A stretch of DNA of 64,000 nucleotides, taken from positions 96,001-160,000 of the forward strand of contig CAVSHT010000012.1 in the NCBI GenBank assembly GCA_963727895.1, read 5' to 3'. Position numbers and translations under genes: made by a program. The notes beneath the pieces are model-generated. The model saw only the letters and a program-made list of their open reading frames with translations. It made no database searches and was not told the origin of the DNA. The stretch comes from an uncultured Methanosarcinaceae archaeon. Lineage in GTDB: Archaea; Halobacteriota; Methanosarcinia; Methanosarcinales; Methanosarcinaceae. Numbering within the stretch: position 1 is the first letter of the stretch; every line of letters begins with the position of its first letter. Positions 34,393 through 45,552 of the stretch are shown here, piece after piece.

Positions 34393-34510
34393 TTACTTCA
34401 TAATATTTTCTCTAAAATTCCGTGAGGTTAAAATTAAACCAGAGAGTGTAGAAATCGGATAGAAAAAGGAGAGTAATTAAAGAGAGTAATTAAAACATAA
34501 AGGGAAATAA

Positions 34511-35965
34511 TTAAAGCATAATCACTCGGCTTCGATTTCCTATACTCAACTCGATTTCTTCATTTAAACCATATTTTGCATACCCATTAATTATCTGGAT
34601 TTCAGAATCAACATCTATATCCTCAATCACATACGCTTGTTCTCCCCAGAGAGTTACTCTAATGCTACCTGTTTTATCTTTAAGTACTAGGTTTGAAACT
34701 ATGTTTTCGGTACCATCTTCTCTTTCAAACTCTCTAAGTTCTCCTATCTCGGAAACTTTACCCTGAACTGAATAGGTTTCTCCAGGGATAATATCAGCAA
34801 TATCCGTAAACTTTTCTTTATATTCAATCTCCTTCTCACTTTTTTGGATTATCCCTCTATTTCCAAGATTCAATTCCACCTGCTGGTTGAAGGCATTTTC
34901 CCGAGAATAAGCATGGAGTACTTCTATAGTTTCATCAAAATCGACTTCATCCAAAAAGTTAGTTTTTTCATCCCAGAGGGTCAACCTTATTTTGCCTGTG
35001 GTATCGCCAAGTAGAAGATTTCCTACTCTTCCAGTTGAGCCGTCTTTTTTCTCAAATGTACGGATTTCGCCAATGTCGAGTATTTTTCCGGAAGTATTAA
35101 TATCGTTCATATCAGTCCTGATATCTTCAATTGGAGTGAATTCCTCTTCATACTCAACTTTTTTCTCACTCTTTTTGATTATACTTCGGTTTCCCACCTG
35201 CATCTCAACTTTCTGAGTAAAAGCATTCTCCCTTGCATAAGCATTGATAAGTTCAACAGTATCTCCATACTCTATCTGGTTCAAGAACTCGGTCTTGTCA
35301 TCCCACAAAGTTACCCTGACTGTACCTGTATTGTCTCCAAGAAGCAGGTTTCCTACCTTTCCAGGGTTTCCGTCTTTTCTCTGGAATGTCCTAATTTCTG
35401 AAATTTCCAGGATTTTTCCTGTCAAATTCAGGTCTCCCATACCATCTTTTATATCTTTTATTTTCTGGTTGTTAGCAGCCACATCAACTTCTTCTTCACT
35501 TTCAGATAGGACTCCATTGTTTCCTATGTTGATTTCTACTCCTGAGTATCCCTGCTTTGCATAGCCACCAATCTGGAGGGTTTGCCCGATTTCAATTTTT
35601 CCAGTTTTTATGAGGTCTGCCATATTGTCCCAAAGAGTTACCCTAATTTTCCCGGTCTCATCTCCAACGATTATATTTCCTACTCTTCCTATTGTCCCAT
35701 CGTTTCTGGTAAACTCTTTGGTATCAAAAACCGAAACTATTTTTGCAATAAAATTAACTGGCCCGCTCTCAGCTGTGATATTTTCAATTTTCACACTGTC
35801 TCGGCCTACATCTGAAAATCCAAGTTCATTGGCTACTAGCATAGCAGCCATAGAGTCGTCACAAAGTCCTCCCATGCTTTCGACTTTTTCCTGTACGCGC
35901 TGCAGGAAGTCTTCTTTACTGATAACATGGCTGAGTTTTTTATAGATTGATTCAATATCTGTCAT
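34511..35965 (-). CDS. rpa: Replication protein A (ssDNA-binding, four OB folds)
   Basis: Four repeats of F.R.DG..G.V.N..LGD.TG.IR.TLW. Confidence 0.93.
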   Translation of the reverse strand: MTDIESIYKKLSHVISKEDFLQRVQEKVESMGGLCDDSMAAMLVANELGFSDVGRDSVKIENITAESGPVNFIAKIVSVFDTKEFTRNDGTIGRVGNIIVGDETGKIRVTLWDNMADLIKTGKIEIGQTLQIGGYAKQGYSGVEINIGNNGVLSESEEEVDVAANNQKIKDIKDGMGDLNLTGKILEISEIRTFQRKDGNPGKVGNLLLGDNTGTVRVTLWDDKTEFLNQIEYGDTVELINAYARENAFTQKVEMQVGNRSIIKKSEKKVEYEEEFTPIEDIRTDMNDINTSGKILDIGEIRTFEKKDGSTGRVGNLLLGDTTGKIRLTLWDEKTNFLDEVDFDETIEVLHAYSRENAFNQQVELNLGNRGIIQKSEKEIEYKEKFTDIADIIPGETYSVQGKVSEIGELREFEREDGTENIVSNLVLKDKTGSIRVTLWGEQAYVIEDIDVDSEIQIINGYAKYGLNEEIELSIGNRSRVIML

Positions 35966-37429
35966 ATTATCCCCTTAATGTACGGATAGTATCATCAATA
36001 TTTGTTATTTGTTTATTTCTGCAACAATATATGTTGTAATGATTGCTGCTATGAATTTATTTCTGGTATTATTGTGTAAAATCCAAAATTGTTTTATGAG
36101 AGCAATATATTGTAAATCTGAGCACTTTATGAAAAACATACTTCTCAGTTGAGCTTCAGGTGAGAGTTCATATTATCATATATTCAAACTATTAGTACAC
36201 TTCAAATTACATTAAGCTATTAGTACACTTTAAATTTATACTCTTTAATAGATGAGCGAACCATTCTTATTCCAGATTCTATTCATTTTTTGTGTTAACT
36301 GCAAAGCATTCTGAATGCAGGTCAACAATTCTGTCACTATAAAACTTAAGGATTATGACTTCATAGTAATTTTGGAACTAAATTTCAGAGCATTTTGGAA
36401 GATACTATTTTACTGAACTTTGACCAGGATTTAACTGATTGAATAGACTTTTCATGAAATCCTGCTAAGGTGCTTAAATATGACGGCCGTAAAAATACCT
36501 GAATTGTGCTACAGTATACAAGCATTCCTACTAAAGATTACCCTATCTCAATGAAAGTATTTCTCAACAAAAATAAAAATATAATAACTTTTATGTTTTT
36601 GTGCTTATAACTTCAGTAAGGATAAAAATAATATCAAATATTTCAAAACTCAGAGCTTTTGACTTTTTTTACCCATCTCCGAATTAGTTTCGTTCCTGTC
36701 TATGTGGATATTTCAGCATGTTCTTCAATAATTCTTCTGTTTTGGTCCTCTCTATAAGATCAGGCTGGGCAATTAATAGCCCTATATCTGTAAATTATGG
36801 TTGTATTATTAAAGTTTTTGATGCTGATTTTTAATGTAACGAGGAAGTCTATATATTCATAAATAAATATGTAAAGAGACGATAGGGCAAAATGTTTAAA
36901 ATCTTAGTTTTTGAAAAATCCAACATTCTAAAGTACAGTATTTTTTGTGCAGATTATTGCTTTTTTTTCTAGAAATATTTAGTTTCTGATCTCTTAGCGG
37001 AATACAAGACTTTAATATCTTATGTCTACAAGAAAAAACTTCAAAGCTATGATTGTATTTGATATTAAGAACAATTGGAAGCCATAAAATGGCTCTTCAG
37101 TCTTAAGCATCTTAAATTCAGTTTTAAACGGATATGTGATGATAGTAAAAAGATTCTTAGTTTTGTAACCTGTTTATTTTGTATGTGAAGTGTTATAAAG
37201 CTTTAAACTCGATTTTTGATTTTTATTTAACATTACAAAAATAAGTATATTTATATTCGAATATTTCCCTATTTGTTTCGATTCTAAGTCCTAATTAATT
37301 AAATCTAAACTACTGGGATAAAGAAGTTAATTAAATGTGAATCTAAAAAATAACTTCTCCTATTAAATTTTTAAGAATGAATACCTTAGAACTTACTTTG
37401 ACATAAACGAAATAAGGAGGAAAAAAATA

Positions 37430-37864
37430 ATGCAAAAAACTATGTTTAAAACAATATGTGTTTTCACTTTAGTCTTCGTTGTCATGTCAATGACAGGAGC
37501 AGCTAGTACTTGTACAACCAAAACAGATGCAATAAACGATTCATATAGTATTAGCCTTAGAACATGTCCACATACTTCTTATTGCTTTAATTATGCCACT
37601 GTACTGAAGAATGATAAAGGATGCAACCTTCAGGTTACAACTACAGGAACTATCAAAACCAAACTTGGTGGTACCGTGACTATGAAGAGTAACGGTGCAT
37701 TCTGCTATAAAGCACCAGCAAAATGTTGTTCCTCATGCGGTACTTGTACTGACAGTTTCACTTACTGTGTAAAAGGTACAAATGGATCCGATTGTGCAAC
37801 CGTTACAATGAATCTCAAATGTCCCTGCTCCAGCTCCAGCTGCTCAACCTGCTCAACCTGCTGA
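37430..37864 (+). CDS. Secreted Cys-rich small protein with one Ig/cadherin-like domain
   Basis: RBS aggagg; signal peptide; A.NDSY..VL.ND..GTVT...GAF.Y..DSFTY pattern; 17 Cys. Confidence 0.8.
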   Translation: MQKTMFKTICVFTLVFVVMSMTGAASTCTTKTDAINDSYSISLRTCPHTSYCFNYATVLKNDKGCNLQVTTTGTIKTKLGGTVTMKSNGAFCYKAPAKCCSSCGTCTDSFTYCVKGTNGSDCATVTMNLKCPCSSSSCSTCSTC

Positions 37865-38234
37865 AAGTATTTTTCAGTAGGAATATTTTGACAAACACAT
37901 TAAAGGGAAAAGGAAGTATTGATCTTCCGGGATTTAATCCCAAAATCCCTTATGCTTTTACTGAATATCCTAGTTTTAAAAGCAGTTCAGAGATATTTTA
38001 GAATATTTCTAGCTATATACAAGTCTTTTTTAACCTTTATGTTTTTACTACTCAGGACTGTATTTTACCTTAATTGATTTTTAGATGGACCCTATCATAA
38101 TAATGTTTTAAAATTTATTTTTGTAGTATAACAAAGTTAATTTTTCAGAGAATCATTAATTCGGATTTTTGACTTTTTCATAGCTATACCATAAAAATTT
38201 GTGGAATCTATCTATGTAATACTTTATCTTTTTA

Positions 38235-38448
38235 TATTCCCATGACTTGGATTAAAGTGTTTATATTTCTTACCATGATGGTTATCAAACCATTTGTTTC
38301 AATGATGATTGTCAAACCATTATTGCCATAATGGTTATCAAACTCTTGTTACCATCGTACTTACACCCATAAGTAGCCGCATTTACTGTTGCAGACGTCA
38401 CTGATAGTAAAAACAAACTTCCAGCAAAATGCCAATTATTTTCTTCAT
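38235..38448 (-). pseudogene. Decayed small secreted His-rich repeat protein
   Basis: Across frameshifts it reads MKKIIGILLEVC/FLLSVTSATVNA, then three ~27-bp repeats (FDNHYG, FDNHH*, FDNHHG) at 38272-38345. Confidence 0.55.
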
Positions 38449-38963
38449 TTTCAACATTAGACTCACGTATAAAGCCACAATGGTTCAGTCTATGCTTTGT
38501 GGTTATTTATGTATATATTTAAATCAAAAAAGCAGGCAATGATATCAAGATACGGCTTCGAAGATCATATTTGGATTTTATATTTCAACTTCAATATGTT
38601 CCAGCACCACAAACGATGGCACAACGGCAGGGCTCCAAAAGTAGTCAGTAAATACTGACAAAAAGTTCAATCAAGTCAATACTTGCTGTTGATATCAATG
38701 TGGAATTCTATAACCACTTCAATATCAATATGGGAACAACAAAACTTAATTAAAATTCTTTATAGTGATGTTGTTTGTGCTCATTTGTATCATTGATGTT
38801 TGTTCAGGGGGTAAGTTTAATTTCAACTCAATGTTATTTCCCAAAATACATCCTTTTTTATTTCAGCTCAAAAAGCTCCTGGCTTTATAAATAAATCAAG
38901 ATGTCTAACGTCTTAATTTACAAAACCTTATTTATGGTAAAGTTTCATTATGTACGTGATACC

Positions 38964-39587
38964 ATGATTCGAAAATGCACTGAGCACGGCTATTTTAGAG
39001 GGAGCAGCTGTCTGCAGTGTAAACGTCCTGGAAGATACCTGCTAGACGACAGCAAGGAAGAAAAGCTTGGTAGGTTTGTATCTGGCACTCTTCGACATTT
39101 TCCAGCATCTGTAGAAGTTGAAATGGATAGATTTGGTTGGGTGAATCTCAATGCTTTCTGTGATGTCATGAGAAAGCGATACAACTGGATGAGGAAAGAA
39201 TACCTTTATGCCCTTGTAGAATCCGATGAGAAAGGAAGGTATGAAATCTGTAATTCTACAATCAGAGCACGCTACGGGCATTCTGTCAATATTGATCTCG
39301 ATTACGAGGAAAGTAATTTCCAATATTTATATTACGGAGTAAGTCCTGAAGAAGTAGATGTTCTGTTGGAGAATGGAATTTTTCCGATAAAACAAAGATA
39401 TGTCCACCTCAGCACTTCATATGAAAAAGCAGTAGAAGTGGCTCTTATTCATACTGAAAGCCCTATCATCCTTCAGATAGATGCTCTTAAAGCGCAGGAA
39501 GATGGAATCTCTCTAAAACTAGCAACCAGTTATATCGTACTTGCGGAAAATATGCCACCTGATTACCTTTTTGTCGTTGAGGACTGA
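38964..39587 (+). CDS. kptA: RNA 2'-phosphotransferase (Tpt1/KptA)
   Basis: LRH, IRARYGHS and YVHLS motifs; N-terminal Zn ribbon; probable start MIRKC. Confidence 0.92.
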   Translation: MIRKCTEHGYFRGSSCLQCKRPGRYLLDDSKEEKLGRFVSGTLRHFPASVEVEMDRFGWVNLNAFCDVMRKRYNWMRKEYLYALVESDEKGRYEICNSTIRARYGHSVNIDLDYEESNFQYLYYGVSPEEVDVLLENGIFPIKQRYVHLSTSYEKAVEVALIHTESPIILQIDALKAQEDGISLKLATSYIVLAENMPPDYLFVVED

Positions 39588-39598
39588 TTTTACATATT

Positions 39599-40594
39599 TC
39601 AACTTACTGATACTTTAAAAAAACCTTCTTTTTTTTCTATTCTGAATTTAACATCAAGAAATTGTTCAGTAATCCAGATGTTTGTCTCAGTATGAAGAGA
39701 AAGTTCACGGACAGTGTAAGAACTATTCCCTGCAAGAGCCATATATGGTATCAGCTGGTCTGCCAGATGCATGTCTACAGAGGTTCCTGCTCTAAGTTCA
39801 GGGATAATTGAATCTGCGGCAGTATTACCTACTTTTTCCGCAGGAAGCCCTTTTTCACCAAGAGCACTACTACCGATATAGCCTGTCCAAAGAGTTATCC
39901 CGCTTCCTGTGGAAAAAGCTTCAAAGGATTGAGTTTCTATCTGTGATGGATAACTATTTTCCATTAATTTCTTACTGGCAGCTTCAGCCTGGCGTAATGG
40001 TACATGAATTGGAAGATTTGAAGCATGAGAAATCCCCTGGATTTTTTCTTCTTCTTTCAAAAAATGAAATCCTTTCAGCCTGCATGGTTTAAAAAAAGTT
40101 GAAACTCTTCCTCCACCTTTTGGGTAGTAGCCATGTTCCTTCAAGATTATGTTGCCTGAATATCCAAATTGCTTCAGAGCCCTGAAGGTCACATACTGCA
40201 GGTAATCAATCGTTGGAGACCATGCCACATCGGTTCCTCCTCTTACTGTGAGTTCTACATCTTCTTTTGCAAATGGCAGAGCAGGCATAATACACTGGAG
40301 AAGCAGGGATATACTTCCTGCAGTTTCGATATCAATATCATACTTACCCCCCTTTATTTCCACTGGAGTAAACAAAATTTCAGTAGAACCTGGAAAAAGT
40401 CCTGAAACCTTAGCATCACATATCGTGGTTGCAGTTTCTAAAGCCTTCAAATGCTGTTGTTTCAGCCCTGGATTTGGCCTGTTTTTTCTTATATTCTTAA
40501 TCCTGATCTCTTTTCCAGTAACTGCGGAAAGAGCGACAGCTGTTCTGACCAACTGTCCTCCCCCCTCCCCGTAAGAACCATCGATTTCTAACAC
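39599..40594 (-). CDS. rtcA: RNA 3'-terminal phosphate cyclase
   Basis: DGSYGEGGGQ, RPNPGL..QH, GYYPKGGG and LSLHTETN motifs. Confidence 0.95.
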   Translation of the reverse strand: MLEIDGSYGEGGGQLVRTAVALSAVTGKEIRIKNIRKNRPNPGLKQQHLKALETATTICDAKVSGLFPGSTEILFTPVEIKGGKYDIDIETAGSISLLLQCIMPALPFAKEDVELTVRGGTDVAWSPTIDYLQYVTFRALKQFGYSGNIILKEHGYYPKGGGRVSTFFKPCRLKGFHFLKEEEKIQGISHASNLPIHVPLRQAEAASKKLMENSYPSQIETQSFEAFSTGSGITLWTGYIGSSALGEKGLPAEKVGNTAADSIIPELRAGTSVDMHLADQLIPYMALAGNSSYTVRELSLHTETNIWITEQFLDVKFRIEKKEGFFKVSVS

Positions 40595-40623
40595 TTCTCT
40601 CCTCCATATTTCCTGTTTTCATC

Positions 40624-42111
40624 TTACTTTATCCTGCTATTCTCTTTCTCCTTTCCTACATTTTCTTTTATATTTCGGATTGCATCTTTTACAGCCAACC
40701 TTAGAGGGTCTACAAGCATAGAGACAGGAGGTGCATAGCAGGTTTCCATATCGAGGAGGTCTCCAATTGTGGTTTTTTTTCGGATGGCAAGAGAAAGGGC
40801 ATCAACTCTTTCCTTTATTCCCTCTCCTCCAGCAAGTTGTGCTCCCACCAGAATCTCCTCTTTGAAGAGAAGTTTGATGTATAAGTTTTTCCGACCAGGA
40901 TAATAGGAAGCTCTTGTATACCCTCTGGAAAATCCTGTAATTATCTTTATTCCATTGCTTTCAGCCCCTTTTGAGGTAATACCAACTCCACCAAATTGTA
41001 AATCTCCTGCCACAGATACCCAGGGGTTGGCAAGTGTCCCGAAAGTGGTATGTTTTCCTGTGATGTTGTTGCCGATTATATCAGCCATTTGTCGGGATGT
41101 TGTGCCCAGTTGACTTAACCTGGCTTTTTTTGTTATAAAATCCGTTACTTCCACACATTCTCCGCCTGCATACACATAGGAAAGAAATTCTTCTCCTGCC
41201 TTAACCTGGAGCATTTCATTTACAACTATTCCTCCAGCTTTTCCTATTTCTATTCCGGATTGAAGGGCAAGTGAAATTTCAGGTCTAACTCCAGTTGCAA
41301 GAAGCACTAGATCTGCAAGAAATTGTCTATCTCCCACGTATAGCTTTTTTTCTTTGCAGAAACTTTTAGGAATAAATACAGGTTCTCCAAAGATTACTTC
41401 AATTCTGAGATCTTTTAGATGTTTTTCAATGATTTCAGAAATATCAGGATCTAGTTGCTTGGTAAGCAGGTTTTTATTTCTGCTTATGAGGTAAACTTTA
41501 ATTCCTTTTTTAGAAAGCCCAGCTGCACACTCTATTCCTATTGTTCCTGCTCCTATTATGCAGACTTTTTTAGCAGTTTTCAGGGCTTTTTCAAGGAACA
41601 CTCCATCATCAAGATTTCTCAGAGTAAAAACTCCATAAGGGAGAATATTTGTTTTATCTGTTAGAGGTACAAAGGGTAAGCTACCTGTAGCAATCACGAG
41701 TTTGTCAAAAGGATAAAGTCCTTCCCCTGTCCGAACAATTTTTAAATCCAAGTCTATTGAACTGGCACACTCATTTAGCCTGACATCTATCCGGTTTTTT
41801 CTGAAAAATTCCTGAGGTTTTACTATTAATTTCTTAAAACTTTCAATTTCTTGGCTTAAAACAAAGGGGATTCCACAGTGGCTATAAGCAGTATGTGAGT
41901 CTCTTGAAAGTACGGTAATATCAAAATCACTTTGTCTTCTTATTTTGGTAGCAACCGCCATTCCACAGGCTCCTCCTCCTATTACAACTACTCTTATAGG
42001 TTCTCTGTTTTCAGAGCTCTGTGACGAAATTGTTTTCTGAAGTTCCTTAATTCCAGCTATTTTCTGGATTTCTTTGTCTGTACTGCTTTGTGTGCCAAAC
42101 TCTCTTCCCAT
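40624..42111 (-). CDS. FAD-dependent pyridine nucleotide-disulfide oxidoreductase (NADH oxidase/CoA-disulfide reductase family)
   Basis: GGGACG, YSHCGIP (single Cys), IATGS, GAGTIG and CYAPP motifs. Confidence 0.88.
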   Translation of the reverse strand: MGREFGTQSSTDKEIQKIAGIKELQKTISSQSSENREPIRVVVIGGGACGMAVATKIRRQSDFDITVLSRDSHTAYSHCGIPFVLSQEIESFKKLIVKPQEFFRKNRIDVRLNECASSIDLDLKIVRTGEGLYPFDKLVIATGSLPFVPLTDKTNILPYGVFTLRNLDDGVFLEKALKTAKKVCIIGAGTIGIECAAGLSKKGIKVYLISRNKNLLTKQLDPDISEIIEKHLKDLRIEVIFGEPVFIPKSFCKEKKLYVGDRQFLADLVLLATGVRPEISLALQSGIEIGKAGGIVVNEMLQVKAGEEFLSYVYAGGECVEVTDFITKKARLSQLGTTSRQMADIIGNNITGKHTTFGTLANPWVSVAGDLQFGGVGITSKGAESNGIKIITGFSRGYTRASYYPGRKNLYIKLLFKEEILVGAQLAGGEGIKERVDALSLAIRKKTTIGDLLDMETCYAPPVSMLVDPLRLAVKDAIRNIKENVGKEKENSRIK

Positions 42112-42299
42112 ACTCTCAATAGTTGTATCTTACGCCTATTATAATTTTTTAAGCGGCTGAAAATATTTCAAGTTAATTAGAGAGGAATTTAGTAAAGTTA
42201 TCTAGTCAGTTTTTTTGAAAAATAAGGTACTTGAAAATCAACTTCTAAATTTTTTCTATGTCAAAGAAGTCTTTGGTAAAAGGTCTTTGTCTTATTTAC

Positions 42300-42397
42300 A
42301 AAAACAAAAAGAGTACTTATCATACTAAGAGTCTGAACGAGCGAGTTTGGGAGTGGGGGGTTAGTACATAAAAAAGTTTCTATGTCTCGCCCGTTCA
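42300..42397 (-). ncRNA. Candidate ~100-nt sRNA or leader with C-rich loop
   Basis: Minus-strand BRE/TATA at 42417-42434; 11-bp stem 42386-42396 / 42335-42345; CCCCCCACUCCC loop; U-tract at 42300-42310. Confidence 0.5.
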
Positions 42398-43611
42398 AAT
42401 TTTTACAAGTCTTTCGTTTTATATATACTTTTCTAAATTTTTCTATCTTATTGTTTTTTACCATTTTAAAATTTCTTTTTGAGTTACTCTGCAATGTCTC
42501 TTCAGAGGTTGTTTCGAATGTAATATATTTTCAAAACCCCTAACACGAATATTTTCCAGATGTGATTTAATTTTTTTAAATAACCACAAAGTTCTTAAAG
42601 TCTGCAGACATTAATTAAATGAGTTTAATACATGTGACACACAGAGTCCATCATTTGCCAAAATTTATTAAAAGCAGATGAGAATTGTTCTGTCATATCA
42701 TTGATTAACAACTTCATCTATTCACCATTGCTAAATTCGTAAAGATAATTTGATACATATAATACACATGCAAATATAATAAAATTTCAGATTTACTATA
42801 TATCTATCACTCAGGGCTAAAATAACCACTTAAATATATATTCCACGTTATCATCCATTGAAGTAAAAGTCAAAAAGTGCTTTCAATAAAAACCTGATAT
42901 GCACTTAACTTGCCAATTATCACTATGGATCCCCTAATTTACGGGATAGGCATTTAGCATATGTTGGTTACTTATGCTTGGATTAACCGGTAGTCTGGGG
43001 TATACTTAAAAACTTGAATTGTCAGGCTAATTGAAAAGTAAACACGTTTTTGGCTTCGACTTTGAGTTTTATCTATCTCAGGGTCATAGTAAAAACTTAT
43101 GTTAGGTAAGGGCTTTCGGGTAGATTTGGAAAGCTTCAGAAACAATAACTATTTATTGTTATTGTTGTCTGCCCAATTTGAACGTCAGAAGCGTTTCTAT
43201 CTCAGAGAGCCGTAAGCTAGGTAAATAGGTATAGGCTTGGAACTTTACCAGATTCTCATAAGGTAAAAAATTAATTTCTGGCATTGTGCTGGATAATGTT
43301 TTACTGCATAAGGATATTCAAATTCCAGGCAGATAAAAATCTATTTCAAATGACAGTTACAGTTAATTCTTAAATCTACTTATTCAAGACTGTTTTATCC
43401 CTGATTCGGTACGAAATCTGATTTTTTACTATTTTGCATTCTCCAAGCTTTACGAGTTTTCATAGTATAGAGAATAATTTGTATTGTCAGGAAACTCGAT
43501 CGATTGTAATTTCAAAAATCAGTCAATCACAATTGTGAGATGTAATTTTCTGTGGAATATAATGTCATAAATTATCACGATAAATAATTCACAATACTAA
43601 GGAGAATTCAC

Positions 43612-45156
43612 ATGCAAAATACAGATACTACAAAGTACATTATTCATTCAAAAATTAATGCTGATGGGGTAATTGAACGTCCCGATATCGTAGGTGCAAT
43701 TTTCGGGCAAACTGAAGGACTACTCGGGGCGGATCTTGACCTTCGTGACCTGCAAAAAACTGGTAGAATTGGCAGAATTGAGGTAATGGTTACAGCTAAA
43801 GGAGGAAAGACTAAAGGAAATATCTTTGTTCCTTCAAGCCTTGATAAAGTTGAAACTTCAATTCTTGCCGCGTCACTTGAGACTATTGACAGAGTAGGAC
43901 CCTGTAGCGCCAAGATTGAAGTTTTTCAAATAGAAGACGTAAGGGCTGTAAAGCGGAAGAAAATTATTGAAAGGGCAAAGCTCATTTTTACTAAAATGTT
44001 TGATGAGACTGTTCCTGAGTCTCAGGAGTTGGCCGATGAGGTACGGCAGTCTGTAAGGATTGATGAACTTACTTACTATGGAAAGTCTAGAATCCCCTGT
44101 GGGCCAAATGTGCTTAACTCAGATGCTATCATCATTCTTGAGGGAAGAGCTGACATTCTGAATCTGCTCCGCTATGGTATAAAGAACACTATCTGTGTAG
44201 GTGGAACGAACATTCCTCCTGAAGTTGCAGAACTTACTAAAAAGAAAACAGTAACAGCTTTTACGGATGGGGATCGTGGAGGAGAACTCATAATACGTGA
44301 GCTTTTACAGGTAGCAGATCTCGATTATGTTGCCCGTGCCCCTGATGGGAAATGTGTAGAGGATCTTGTCCAAAAGGAAGTTATAAGAGCTCTACGCCGA
44401 AAAGTTCCTGTAGAACAGATTATCGAAAAATATGGACTTCAAGAGCAGAGAGGGGGAGAAGATGCCTGTAGAGTGGAGAGGAGCTCCAAAAGAAAGATAA
44501 GAGCGCCTGAAATAGCTCCCAGGATTGCTGAGAAAAAATTACATAAGCGTGTTAAAGTTCATCGAGTTTCTTCAAAGGCAGATCTTTATGAAGAGGAACC
44601 TCAGGGAGAATATACAAAAAAAGCAGAGTCTGGTATCTTTTTTGAAAAGGTCCCAGAAAAAGTCTCAACTCTAGCTCCTGTAATATTAGATAAAGTTAAA
44701 GCAAGGCCTGTCACTGCAAAACCCCCAATTTTACCAAGAGCAGTTCCCGTTGCTTCCAGAGTTCTCAGGGAAAAGCCCACTGAGAAAATTTCAGCAGCCG
44801 TCAAAGTTCCCAGAGGTGAAGCGGTCAGGGTTTCTCCTGCCCCAGCAAAGACAGTTCCCACTTCTCCTGAAGCTGTTAGGTTCAGGCCTCATGTGGAAGC
44901 TCTAAAAGGAACCTTAACAGCCAGAATTCTCGACTCTCAGGATAAGGTAATAGAGGAGATCGCAGTTCGGGATCTTGCAAGCAGGCTAAAAACATACAAA
45001 GATAATGTCCAGAGTATAGTTTTTGATGGTGTAATTACCCAGAGGCTAGTTGATATTGCTTCAAGCAATGCAATTAAAAATCTCGTAGGTGTAAAAATAG
45101 GCAATATTGCCAAGGTTCCTGCTGATATGGAAGTTTTGACTGCAAGTATGTTTTGA
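43612..45156 (+). CDS. dnaG: Archaeal DnaG (TOPRIM; exosome-associated)
   Basis: [14 protein letters not shown] and DGDRGG motifs. Confidence 0.95.
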   Translation: MQNTDTTKYIIHSKINADGVIERPDIVGAIFGQTEGLLGADLDLRDLQKTGRIGRIEVMVTAKGGKTKGNIFVPSSLDKVETSILAASLETIDRVGPCSAKIEVFQIEDVRAVKRKKIIERAKLIFTKMFDETVPESQELADEVRQSVRIDELTYYGKSRIPCGPNVLNSDAIIILEGRADILNLLRYGIKNTICVGGTNIPPEVAELTKKKTVTAFTDGDRGGELIIRELLQVADLDYVARAPDGKCVEDLVQKEVIRALRRKVPVEQIIEKYGLQEQRGGEDACRVERSSKRKIRAPEIAPRIAEKKLHKRVKVHRVSSKADLYEEEPQGEYTKKAESGIFFEKVPEKVSTLAPVILDKVKARPVTAKPPILPRAVPVASRVLREKPTEKISAAVKVPRGEAVRVSPAPAKTVPTSPEAVRFRPHVEALKGTLTARILDSQDKVIEEIAVRDLASRLKTYKDNVQSIVFDGVITQRLVDIASSNAIKNLVGVKIGNIAKVPADMEVLTASMF

Positions 45157-45552
45157 GAGATTTTTTTCTCTCACTTTCTGTTTTTTTCTTGATTATAATG
45201 ATTGTATCTATTCAAAATCCATATTTTTTCCGGAAAACTTCAACTTCTTATTATTTTTTTTAAAAATTGAAATTTTAATCTTTTTTATTGTTCTACAGAG
45301 CTGATTATATCCAAATCTTCATCTTATGTGTAAGATTTATGTATAAAGCGTATGTACTTACCATTATTTGATGTTATTTCACATCATAGTGCTAAACTTC
45401 ACACTTTCTTCCATAATCTTTCATTATTTTTCATATACATTATATGGAAAAGTTTTTTATCTAAAACTAGGAAAATCATTTCCTCGGATAATTCTTTTAT
45501 TTGATTCAATGTAATATTAAATTGATCTTGTAAAATTGTAGGTCTGTTCGCT

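Noticed and set aside
36240..36570. Possible decayed gene upstream of rpa
   Set aside because: Only short interrupted frames; nothing recognisable.
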